This document shows positions 16,689-24,816 of a stretch of 64,000 nucleotides of DNA, piece after piece. A program made the position numbers and the translations under genes. The notes under the pieces were generated by a model. The model saw nothing but the letters and a program-made list of their open reading frames with translations, was not told where the DNA came from and ran no database searches. How positions within the stretch are numbered: position 1 is the stretch's first letter; every line of letters begins with the position of its first letter. The stretch comes from Dehalococcoidia bacterium (GTDB lineage: Bacteria; Chloroflexota; Dehalococcoidia; Lucifugimonadales; Australimonadaceae), in assembly GCA_034428375.1 (NCBI GenBank), contig DAOUHT010000140.1, positions 5,654 to 69,653 on the forward strand, in the 5' to 3' direction.

Positions 16689-17912
16689 CTACCCCTCACC
16701 CAGCTCGAACGCGTCGTGCAGTGTCCGCACGGCGTCATTCACCTGTTCCTCGTCCACGACGCACGTGATGCGTATCTGCGACGTCGTGATCATCTCGATG
16801 TTCACGCCCGCCTCCGCCAGTGCGGAGAACATGACTGCGGCGACGCCCGGCGCGTTCTGCATGCCCGTGCCGACGATGCTCACCTGACCCAGGTTGTCGT
16901 GCGAGACGCACTCGCCCGCGCCGATAACCCCCGCGACTCCCTCGGTCACGGCCAGCGCCTCGCGAAGGTCGCTCCGGTCCACGGTGAAGGAGAGGTCGGT
17001 CAGCCGCTCCGCGCTCGCGTTCTGGACGATGGTGTCCACGCTGATGTTGGACTCCGCCAGCGGCTCGAACACTGCGGCGGCGATGCCCGGGCGGTCCGGC
17101 ACGGCGCGCAGCGTGATGCGCGCGAGCCCGCGCTCGTAGGTGACTCCCCGCACTTTGTTGGCGACTTCCATCCCTTCTCCTTCCGGAATCTCATGGATCA
17201 GCGTGCCCGGCACGTCCCGCGCGCTCGATGCCACCAGCACCGGCGTGTTGTACCAGGCCGCAAGTTCTATCGAGCGCGGGTGCATCTTCGCTCCGTAGCT
17301 CGCTAGTTCGAGCATCTCTTCGTAACCGATCTCCGACAGCTTCCGGGCATCCGGCACGATGCGCGGATCGGCGGTGTAGATGCCGTCCACGTCCGTGTAC
17401 ACCTCGCAACGCTCAGCCCCCAGCGCCGCTGCCAGCGCGACCGCGGTCGTGTCCGACCCGCCGCGACCCAGCGTCGTCACGTCCATCTCGTGCGTGACGC
17501 CCTGGAACCCGGCGACGATGACGATGCGCCCGGCGTCCAGCGCCAGCTGCACGCGCTCCGCGTCGAACTCGACGATGGAGGCGCTCCCGTGCGCCGTGTC
17601 CGTGCGTATGCCCGCCTGCGCCCCGCTCATGCTGACGGCCTCTTCGCCGATCTCCCGGAGCGCCATCGTGACGAGCGTGCAGGAGACCAGTTCCCCGGTG
17701 GAGAGCAGTACGTCCAGCTCGCGCGGATCGGGCGCGCCGCTGACAGATTCTGCGAGTTCGATGAGCCGGTCGGTCGTGTCCCCCATCGCCGAGACTACGA
17801 CCGCGATGCTGTTGCCCGCGCGCCGCGCCGCCGCGATGCGGCCCGCCACGTGACGTATCTTCTCCGCGTCGCCGACGGACGTCCCGCCGTACTTCTGCAC
17901 GAGGACGGCCAT
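16689..17912 (-). CDS. lysC: aspartate kinase
   Basis: MAVLVQKYGGTSVGDAEKIRHVAGRI...VVVSAMGDTTDRL... plus C-terminal ACT repeats. It lies directly downstream of thrB. Confidence 0.9.
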   Translation of the reverse strand: MAVLVQKYGGTSVGDAEKIRHVAGRIAAARRAGNSIAVVVSAMGDTTDRLIELAESVSGAPDPRELDVLLSTGELVSCTLVTMALREIGEEAVSMSGAQAGIRTDTAHGSASIVEFDAERVQLALDAGRIVIVAGFQGVTHEMDVTTLGRGGSDTTAVALAAALGAERCEVYTDVDGIYTADPRIVPDARKLSEIGYEEMLELASYGAKMHPRSIELAAWYNTPVLVASSARDVPGTLIHEIPEGEGMEVANKVRGVTYERGLARITLRAVPDRPGIAAAVFEPLAESNISVDTIVQNASAERLTDLSFTVDRSDLREALAVTEGVAGVIGAGECVSHDNLGQVSIVGTGMQNAPGVAAVMFSALAEAGVNIEMITTSQIRITCVVDEEQVNDAVRTLHDAFELGEG

Positions 17913-18842
17913 CTACTCCAGTTCCTTGGGGTGCGGTATCACTTCCGCGCCGCCCCGTGCGGGCTTCAGCACCTGGAAGGTGCCTGTGAGGCCGGACTTG
18001 TCACCCGCGTCCGCCATCTCGTAGCCGATGGTGAACGCCCGGTTCTCCCCCTGCTTGGTGAACGCGACCACGGACGAACCCGCGCCGGAGAGGAAGACCC
18101 CCCGAGCGCCCGCGGCAAGCGCATGGTCAAAGATGACCTTCATCTGGCGGTACACGCCCTGACGCTGGGGCTGGTGCAGCCTGTCCTGCGTCGCGAGCCG
18201 GAGGTACTCCGGCCGGTCCAGCGTGAGGCTGGCCACGAGCAGGGCAGTGCGGCCCGCGTTGAAGACGGCGTCCGCGCGCGATACCTCAGGCCCCAGGACG
18301 CCCCGCGCCTCGTGTGTCGCCATCGGCATGTCGGGGATGTAGACGACGCACTGCAGGTCCTTCGGGACCGGAACGGGCGCCGCGTGCACCGTCGTGCCGT
18401 CCGCGACGACGATGCTCATGCCGCCCATGAGCGCCGGCGCGACGTTGTCCGGGTGCCCCTCTATCTCCGTCGCCAGTTCGAGCAACCGGTGCGGCGACAG
18501 CGGGTAGCCGAGCAGCGCGTTCGCGGCATAGATCCCGCCCACGATAGCCGCCGAACTGCTGCCGAGTCCCCTGCTCAGCGGTATCTCCTGCCACGCCTCT
18601 ATCGAGAGGCTGCGCCCGGCGTTGCCGGTCTCCACCAACACACGCTCCGCGGAGCGGTACATGAGGTTGCCGGGGTCGCGGCGCAGGTGCTCTGCGCCCA
18701 GCCCGTGCAGGCTGAGCGTGGGATTGTCTGCCCAGCCGACACGCATCGTGTTCCAGAGCGACAGCGCCATGCCGAGGCAATCGAAGCCTGGCCCGAGGTT
18801 CGCTGTGGTCGCGGGAACGCGGATGGTGAGTACGTCTGACAT
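17913..18842 (-). CDS. thrB: homoserine kinase
   Basis: VPATTANLGPGFDCLGMALSLWN...PLSRGLGSSSAAIVGG is the GHMP kinase motif. Confidence 0.9.
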   Translation of the reverse strand: MSDVLTIRVPATTANLGPGFDCLGMALSLWNTMRVGWADNPTLSLHGLGAEHLRRDPGNLMYRSAERVLVETGNAGRSLSIEAWQEIPLSRGLGSSSAAIVGGIYAANALLGYPLSPHRLLELATEIEGHPDNVAPALMGGMSIVVADGTTVHAAPVPVPKDLQCVVYIPDMPMATHEARGVLGPEVSRADAVFNAGRTALLVASLTLDRPEYLRLATQDRLHQPQRQGVYRQMKVIFDHALAAGARGVFLSGAGSSVVAFTKQGENRAFTIGYEMADAGDKSGLTGTFQVLKPARGGAEVIPHPKELE

Positions 18843-18849
18843 GGAAGCG

Positions 18850-19160
18850 GGGCGCGCCGTCTCCGGCTGCCCCGTGATTATACAGGCTATCCCCCACAGT
18901 TCGCGGTGCTTCCCGAGTCATGCCCCTTTCCGTCGTTCCTGCGTAGGAGGACCTCGCATCCCTGAAGTGGGGAGGAGGGGGATCAGGGGTGAGGGTACTC
19001 CGGGCGTGGGGCAGGGTGGCTGTCATGCTGAGCGAAGCCCGCCTTTAGCGCGCAGCATCCTCTCAGGTTGTCTGGTGTAGGGGCACCCCTCGTGGGTGCC
19101 CTGTCCGGGTTCCCCTTTCCCGCCATCGGGAGAGGGTCAGGGGTGAGGGTCGGCGGGGCG
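18850..19160. repeat. intergenic mosaic of short palindromic interspersed repeats
   Basis: The mosaic contains CGTCGTTCCTGCGTAGGAGGACCTCGC, GGGGATCAGGGGTGAGGGT, GTCATGCTGAGCG...CGCAGCAT (19022-19062), GTAGGGGCACCCCTCGTGGGTGCCC (19077-19101) and TCCCCTTTCCCgccatcGGGAGAGGGtcaGGGGTGAGGGT (19111-19150). Confidence 0.7.
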
Positions 19161-19165
19161 TAACC

Positions 19166-21988
19166 CTACGCCCCGTTCTCCTCCTCCTCCTCCGGGAACA
19201 GCGGTGCCTGCATGGCGTGCCACATCGAGACGGTCATGTCGCCGCCGTCATCGCCTGCGTTCGCGTTCTCGGCCGCGTCGGAAGCATCCTCGGCTGTTGC
19301 GGTCGGTGCTGCGCCTGTAGGCGCGTCATCACTCTCCGTGTCTCCCTCAGCATCCACGGCGTCCCCAGCTTCGGGAGCGCCGTCGACGACCGCATCCTCG
19401 GCTTCGTCGCTGTCGGGAGCGTGCACAGCAGCAGCGGCTGCAGCATCATCGAGCGCCGCGGCTGACGCGTGCCCGTTCGTGGACGCTGCGCGTGCCTTCT
19501 TGGGCTCCACCTTCGGCAGCTTCTCGAAGTCTTCCCAAGTGCGCTCGCGGAACGCGCTCATGGAGATGACCACGTCGCCCTCGGCAAGCTTGGTCATCAC
19601 CTTCACTCCCTGCGCGACGCGGCCGAGCGTCCGGATCTCCGCGAGCGATGTCCGGTAGATCATCGCGTTGCGTGAGCCCACCATGATTTCCTCGTCGTCG
19701 GAGCCGGTGACTACCGCTCCCGCGATGGGGCCCGTCTTCTCCGTGATTTTCATGGCGATGACGCCCTGCGTGTTCCGTCCCGTGGTGCGGAACGTCTCCA
19801 CCGCCGTGCGCTTCCCGTAGCCGAGCTCGCTCATGATGAGCAGCCGGGCGTCAGGCGTGACGACCTCCATCGCCACCACCTCGTCGTCGTCCAGCAGGCG
19901 CATGCCGCCGACGCCGCCCGTGCTCCGTCCCTGCCGCTCGGTTACCGCGTCCAGGCTGAACTGCACGCCCTTGCCCTTGCGCGATATGAGCACCGCGGTC
20001 ATGCCCTCTTCTGCGAGACGCGCCGTGAGCAGGCTGTCGTTCGGCTCGAGGTCGAACGCCGCGAGTCCAACCCTGCGGATGTTCTGGAACTTGTCCAGGT
20101 GCATCTTCTTCACCTTCCCCTTGCGGGTGGTCATGAAGATGAAGAGGTCTGCCAGCGGGTCCGGGATGGCCACGACGGCGGTGACGGTCTCCTCGTTCGG
20201 GTTGATGGCCTCGATGAGGTTCTGGATGGGCGTGCCGCGCGTCTGGCGCGACGAGTCCTCGCCTACCTCGAATACACGCTTGCGATAAACGCGCCCCTTG
20301 TCCGTGAAGAAGAGCAGGTAGTCGTGCGTGTCCGCCACGACGAGTTGCTGCACGGCGTCGCCTTCGCGGCGCTCCTGCCCGCGGACGCCCTTGCCCCCGC
20401 GCTTCTGCAGGCGGTAGAGCCCGATGGGCAGACGCTTGATGTAACCGCGGTCGCTCAGCGTAAAGACCACGTCCGCGTGGGGGGTCAGCTCTTCCTGCGA
20501 CTGGTCGCGCGCCTCCTCGTCCGATATCTCGGTGCGGCGAGCGTTCCCGAACGTCTTGCGCAGCTCGGCTGTCTCGGACTTGACCACCGCCAGCACCTTG
20601 GCCGGATCGGAGAGCAGGGCCTGCAGCTCGTCGATGCGCTTCATCAGCTCCTGGTACTCGTTCTCGATGCGCTCGCGTTCCAGCGCCGCCAGGCGCCGCA
20701 ACTGCATCTCCAGGATCGCCTGTGACTGGGCCTCGGTCAGACCGAACTGCTGCATCAGGCCGTTGCGCGCCGCTTCCGCGTCGGCGGACGCGCGGATGAG
20801 CGCGATCACCTCGTCGAGGTTCTCCAGTGCGATACGCAGACCCTCCAGGATGTGCGCGCGCTCCCGGGCGCGGTTCAGGTCGTACTCGGCCCTGCGACGG
20901 ATGACCTCCTTCCGGAAGTCCAGGAAGCGGTTCAGCGCGGAGCGCAGGTTCATCACCCGCGGCTGACCGTCCACCAGCGCGACCATGTTCACGTGGAACG
21001 CGTTCTGCATGGACGTGTGCTGGTAGAGGTTGTTCAGCACGACGCCCGCCGAGGCGTTGCGCTGCAGTTCGACCACCATGCGCATGCCTTCGCGGTCGGA
21101 CTCGTCGCGCACCTCGGAGATGCCGTCGATCTTCTTCTCTTTGGTGAGCGTGGCGATCTTCTCGACCAGCGCGGCCTTGTTGACCTGGTACGGCAATTCC
21201 GAGACCACGATGCGCTGGCGAGCGCCCTTCTCCATGTCTTCCACCGTGGCCTTGGCGCGCACCATGATGCGCCCGTGCCCGGTCTGGTACGCCTGCTGGA
21301 TGCCCTCCCGGCCCATGATCGTCGCCGCGGTCGGGAAGTCCGGCCCCTGCACGAACTGCATCAGCTCTTCGGGCGTCGCGTCGGGGTTGTCCACGAGGTA
21401 GTCGAGCGCGTCGCACACCTCGCGAAGGTTGTGCGGCGGGATGTTCGTCGCCATCCCCACCGCGATGCCGGACGCGCCGTTGACCAGCAGGTTCGGCACG
21501 CGGGCGGGGAGCACGGTCGGCTCGCGCTGCGAGCCGTCGTAGTTGTCGACGAAGTCGATGGTGTCGCGGTCGATGTCCTGCAGCAGCTGCTCGGAGATGG
21601 GCGCGAGCCGCGCCTCCGTGTACCGCATCGCCGCGGGCGGGTCGTCGTCCACAGACCCGAAGTTTCCCTGACCGTCGACCAGCGTGTGCCGCATCGAGAA
21701 GTTCTGCGCCATGCGGACGAGGGCGTCGTACACCGGCGAGTCCCCGTGCGGGTGGTACTTGCCGAGCACCTCGCCGACCACGGCCGCGCTCTTCTTGTAC
21801 GAGGAGCCGGGACGCAGCCCCATGCCTTGCATCGCGTAGAGGATGCGCCGGTGCACGGGCTTCAGCCCGTCGCGAACGTCCGGCAGCGCGCGAGCGACGA
21901 TGACGCTCATCGCGTAGTCCAGGTACGCGCTGCGCATCTCCTCTTCTATGCGTACGGGTCTGACGTTGTCGCGGTTCCCCGTTACCAT
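19166..21988 (-). CDS. gyrA: DNA gyrase subunit A, with a long acidic Ala/Asp/Glu-rich C-terminal tail
   Basis: [40 protein letters not shown]...AAMRYTE (active-site Tyr context), followed by beta-pinwheel repeats. The last ~130 aa are low-complexity and acidic. Confidence 0.97.
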   Translation of the reverse strand: MVTGNRDNVRPVRIEEEMRSAYLDYAMSVIVARALPDVRDGLKPVHRRILYAMQGMGLRPGSSYKKSAAVVGEVLGKYHPHGDSPVYDALVRMAQNFSMRHTLVDGQGNFGSVDDDPPAAMRYTEARLAPISEQLLQDIDRDTIDFVDNYDGSQREPTVLPARVPNLLVNGASGIAVGMATNIPPHNLREVCDALDYLVDNPDATPEELMQFVQGPDFPTAATIMGREGIQQAYQTGHGRIMVRAKATVEDMEKGARQRIVVSELPYQVNKAALVEKIATLTKEKKIDGISEVRDESDREGMRMVVELQRNASAGVVLNNLYQHTSMQNAFHVNMVALVDGQPRVMNLRSALNRFLDFRKEVIRRRAEYDLNRARERAHILEGLRIALENLDEVIALIRASADAEAARNGLMQQFGLTEAQSQAILEMQLRRLAALERERIENEYQELMKRIDELQALLSDPAKVLAVVKSETAELRKTFGNARRTEISDEEARDQSQEELTPHADVVFTLSDRGYIKRLPIGLYRLQKRGGKGVRGQERREGDAVQQLVVADTHDYLLFFTDKGRVYRKRVFEVGEDSSRQTRGTPIQNLIEAINPNEETVTAVVAIPDPLADLFIFMTTRKGKVKKMHLDKFQNIRRVGLAAFDLEPNDSLLTARLAEEGMTAVLISRKGKGVQFSLDAVTERQGRSTGGVGGMRLLDDDEVVAMEVVTPDARLLIMSELGYGKRTAVETFRTTGRNTQGVIAMKITEKTGPIAGAVVTGSDDEEIMVGSRNAMIYRTSLAEIRTLGRVAQGVKVMTKLAEGDVVISMSAFRERTWEDFEKLPKVEPKKARAASTNGHASAAALDDAAAAAAVHAPDSDEAEDAVVDGAPEAGDAVDAEGDTESDDAPTGAAPTATAEDASDAAENANAGDDGGDMTVSMWHAMQAPLFPEEEEENGA

Positions 21989-22150
21989 GCGGCTCCTTTC
22001 GCGCTATGGGGGAGTGGCCGCCGAACTACCACAACATGTGGTGGGCGGGGGGACTGCCGTCTCCCAGATGTGCCAGAATAGTCCCAAGCATTATAGCAGG
22101 TGCTCTCGCAACACCCAACAACCCCATGACACCCGCTTCAACCCCGTCTT

Positions 22151-22190
22151 ATCCCCTCCCCCTACAAGAGGAGAGGGTTAGGGTGAAGGT
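22151..22190 (+). repeat. interspersed repeat (hairpin + GGGTGA(A/G)GGT family)
   Basis: ATCCCCTCCCCCtacaagaGGAGAGGGttaGGGTGAAGGT, the same family as 19111-19150, 27626-27680 and 47619-47660. Confidence 0.7.
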
Positions 22191-22237
22191 ACTGCGAAGG
22201 TTGGTCACTGGCCTGCGCACCGCCACCCCAGCCGCCC

Positions 22238-22768
22238 CTACGACCCTCCCGCGTAACCCTTGTAGATCGCCACCGGCAGCCGCGACCACCGCAGATGCTC
22301 GATCAGCAGCGTGTCGCCCTCCTCGAACAGCCGGTACGTCGACAGGTCGATGGGAAAGCGGACGCGCCCCAGCGCCGTCACGTACGGCTTCGGCGGCAGC
22401 GGGTTCATCGGATGCCGCTTCGCGATGGGCCCCAGCTTGCCCGGAACGAACCCGTGCCGAGCGTACAGCTCGAACCCGCCCAGCAGCGTCCGCGTGAAGA
22501 AGAGCACCGCGATCACGAGGAAGACCGACGCCAGTATCGACGACCCCCCTATCGGGAACGCCTGCGCGGGCACGAGCAGGATGACCGCGATGATCGCGAA
22601 GATGAAGTTACGCGTCGTCGGCTTGACCAGGTCGCGCCGCTCCGACGCCCACGCGAGCCGGAACTGCATCCCGCAATGAACGCACTTCGCCTCGCCCGTC
22701 AGGTACAGGTGCCGGCACTCGCCGGACGCGTCCACCTGCTGCTGCGGCTGAACGTTTCGCCGTCTCAT
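22238..22768 (-). CDS. hypothetical zinc-ribbon-like membrane protein
   Basis: MRRRNVQPQQQVDASGECRHLYLTGEAKCVHCG... is followed by two hydrophobic segments (FIFAIIAVILLV, ILASVFLVIAVLFF). There is an ATGA overlap with the upstream amidotransferase stop. No family was recognised. Confidence 0.55.
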   Translation of the reverse strand: MRRRNVQPQQQVDASGECRHLYLTGEAKCVHCGMQFRLAWASERRDLVKPTTRNFIFAIIAVILLVPAQAFPIGGSSILASVFLVIAVLFFTRTLLGGFELYARHGFVPGKLGPIAKRHPMNPLPPKPYVTALGRVRFPIDLSTYRLFEEGDTLLIEHLRWSRLPVAIYKGYAGGS

Positions 22769-23454
22769 CTCGGCATGTCTCCTGCTTCGTATCGCTCTGC
22801 CCACCCCGCGAGCCACTCGAACAGCCTGGCGAAACTCTTCGGCACCTCGTCCTCGCGCTCGGGATGGCACTGCACCCCCACGAGCCACGGATGCTCCGGG
22901 CTCTCCAGCGCCTCCACGATGCCGTCCTCCGGGTGGTACGCCGACGCCATCAGCGAAGGCGCGCGCTGCGCCTCCTTCAGCCCCTGGTGATGACGGCTGT
23001 TCGTGCGGTAGATCGCCCCCGCGCCGATGATCGCCCCGAACCGGCTCCCCGGCGACACGTACACCTGGTGCACTGCCGACTGGAACTCCGGCAGCGTGTG
23101 CCCGGGCAGGTCCTGGATGAGCCTGCCCCCCATCGCCACATTGATGAGCTGCATGCCCCGGCATATCCCAAGCGTGGGCATGTCCTCCTCTATCGCGTAG
23201 CGGAACAGCGCCATCTCCATCTCGTCGCGCTCCGGCTCGATGCCCATCGACCCGTCGAGCGTTTCGCCGTACAGCGCAGGGTCGACGTCCCCGCCGCCGG
23301 TCAGCAGCAGACCGGACACGCCGTCCATCGCCTCCTCGATCGAGGTGAAGTGCTCGGGCGTCAGCACCCGGGCCTGCGCCCCGCGCGACTCCAGCGACGC
23401 GACGTACCTGCCCGCGCTGCTCCCGTTGGACGTCGTTACCCCGATGAGCGCCAC
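22765..23454 (-). CDS. class I glutamine amidotransferase / peptidase C26 (gamma-glutamyl-GABA hydrolase-like)
   Basis: LLLTGGGDVDPALYG...PTLGICRGMQLINVAMGG...GVQCHPE shows the Cys-His-Glu triad context. Confidence 0.85.
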   Translation of the reverse strand: MALIGVTTSNGSSAGRYVASLESRGAQARVLTPEHFTSIEEAMDGVSGLLLTGGGDVDPALYGETLDGSMGIEPERDEMEMALFRYAIEEDMPTLGICRGMQLINVAMGGRLIQDLPGHTLPEFQSAVHQVYVSPGSRFGAIIGAGAIYRTNSRHHQGLKEAQRAPSLMASAYHPEDGIVEALESPEHPWLVGVQCHPEREDEVPKSFARLFEWLAGWAERYEAGDMPR

Positions 23455-23457
23455 GCG

Positions 23458-24432
23458 TCAGCCTCCGAGCGCCGCGCTCAGCGCCGATGCGTCGACGCAC
23501 TCCCGCGCCATCGCGCCTGCGCGCTCCGCCTTCGCCGCGTGGTGCACGCTTACCGCGTCGCTCAGCGACTCCAGCGCCGCCGCCGTGTCGTGGGTGTTCG
23601 ACCCCACCGCGATGAGCGGCACGTCCAGGTCGTCCGCGCGCTGGTATACGTACTGCGACGGCGTCTCGCACCCCGTCAGGAACAGTGCGTTCAGCGGGAA
23701 GTTCAGTGCGCTCATCTGGATGTCGATCCGCCCGCCGCGCACGACGACCGCCTGGTTCGGCAGACGCCCGAAGTAGTTGCCGCCCCACTCGGTGATGAGC
23801 CCGCCGATGAGGAAGTGCTCGATCAGTTCGCTGCCGCCTTCCTCGCCCGTGAAGTACGTGCCGCCCAGGTGCTCCGCCGCCTGCTGCACCGTCGGCGCGA
23901 GCAGCAGCCGCTCCTCCGGCAGCACCCCGAGCACCGGCATCCCCGCGTCCTCCAGCTCGACCGCCAGCCGTGCCGAGGCGTCGTGCTCGGCATACCGCGT
24001 GCGCTTGTTCACGACGCACCCCGCGAGCGCGTCGCCGAACGCTTCGCGCCACGCCCCGGATGCCCCGGCCCCCAGCGTCCGCTCGTACTCCAGCACCCCC
24101 ACCACCGCCGCGCCCGTGCTCCGCGCCAGTTCCGCCGCCCCGTCAGCAAGCGGCGGCCCCTCCACCACGACCACGTCCACGCCCGCCGCCGCGCCCTGCA
24201 CGATCTTCGCCGCCTCCGTCACCTGCTCCGCCGACGCCGCCCCCTCGACCGCCACCGTCTCTGCCGATCCCCCCAACGACGCCAGGAACGCCGGGTCAGC
24301 GTCGCCAACAGCCGACAGCGGCTTCACGAGTGTCACTCGCTTCCCCTCCGACCGCAGCACTGACGCCAGCCCGCAAGCGACCGTCGTCGCGCCCGCTCCC
24401 GGCCGCGCCCCTGCAATCTGCACCACGCTCAT
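23458..24432 (-). CDS. phosphotransacetylase-N-terminal-like protein (AAA_26 + DRTGG domains)
   Basis: MSVVQIAGARPGAGATTVACGLA... is a P-loop-like N-terminus. The C-terminal part, ...VVVRGGRIDIQMSALN...LFLTGCETPSQYVYQRADDLDVPLIAV, resembles DRTGG. ATG 24432 is chosen within the longer track ORF. Confidence 0.7.
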   Translation of the reverse strand: MSVVQIAGARPGAGATTVACGLASVLRSEGKRVTLVKPLSAVGDADPAFLASLGGSAETVAVEGAASAEQVTEAAKIVQGAAAGVDVVVVEGPPLADGAAELARSTGAAVVGVLEYERTLGAGASGAWREAFGDALAGCVVNKRTRYAEHDASARLAVELEDAGMPVLGVLPEERLLLAPTVQQAAEHLGGTYFTGEEGGSELIEHFLIGGLITEWGGNYFGRLPNQAVVVRGGRIDIQMSALNFPLNALFLTGCETPSQYVYQRADDLDVPLIAVGSNTHDTAAALESLSDAVSVHHAAKAERAGAMARECVDASALSAALGG

Positions 24433-24479
24433 CCTGGCTCCAGCCCCTCTCTCACGGATCCCGGCGAGTATACCAGCGC

Positions 24480-24650
24480 CCCGCTCCCGGCCAACCCTCA
24501 CTGTGCGCCGAAGGGCGTTCCCTCTCCCGCTCAGCAGGCGAGGAGGGCGGACGCAAGGGCACCCACAAGGGCACACCGAAGGGCACCCACAAGGGATGCC
24601 CCTACATCGGGCGAGGTTCCTGCCTTCGCAGGAACGACGGGAGGGGTGTG
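24480..24650. repeat. intergenic mosaic of interspersed repeats
   Basis: The mosaic contains CCCTCTCCCGC...GCGAGGAGGG, three reversed GGGCACCC units (24555-24606, reverse of GTAGGGGCA.CCC..GTGGGTGCCC) and GCGAGGTTCCTGCCTTCGCAGGAACGACGG (24611-24640). Confidence 0.7.
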
Positions 24651-24678
24651 ATCAAGGGTGCCAATGGGGGTTCCGGTT

Positions 24679-24808
24679 TGGCATTCTTGATGCGGTCCCA
24701 CGAGTGAACCGGCCAGGTCATTTGGCATCCTTGAGATTCTTGAGTTGGGGTTCTCCAAGGCCGTGGCGTGCTTCCCGGGCTCCGGAGCATCAAGAATCTC
24801 AAGAGTGC
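24679..24808. repeat. low-GC iteron-like / inverted-repeat region just downstream of the AAA ATPase gene
   Basis: TTGGCATTCTTGA (24679-24691) and TTGGCATCCTTGAGATTCTTGAG (from 24722) are followed by the inverted copy CATCAAGAATCTCAAGAGTGCCAA (to ~24811). The perfect 14-bp inverted repeat is CTTGAGATTCTTGA (24730-24743) / TCAAGAATCTCAAG (24790-24803). Confidence 0.6.
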
Positions 24809-24816
24809 CAATGTTT

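Noticed and set aside
22769-24052. The upstream portion of the 604-aa ORF 22238..24052.
   Set aside because: It overlaps the amidotransferase and DRTGG genes out of frame. Only the last 176 aa (from ATG 22768) form a coherent membrane-protein sequence.
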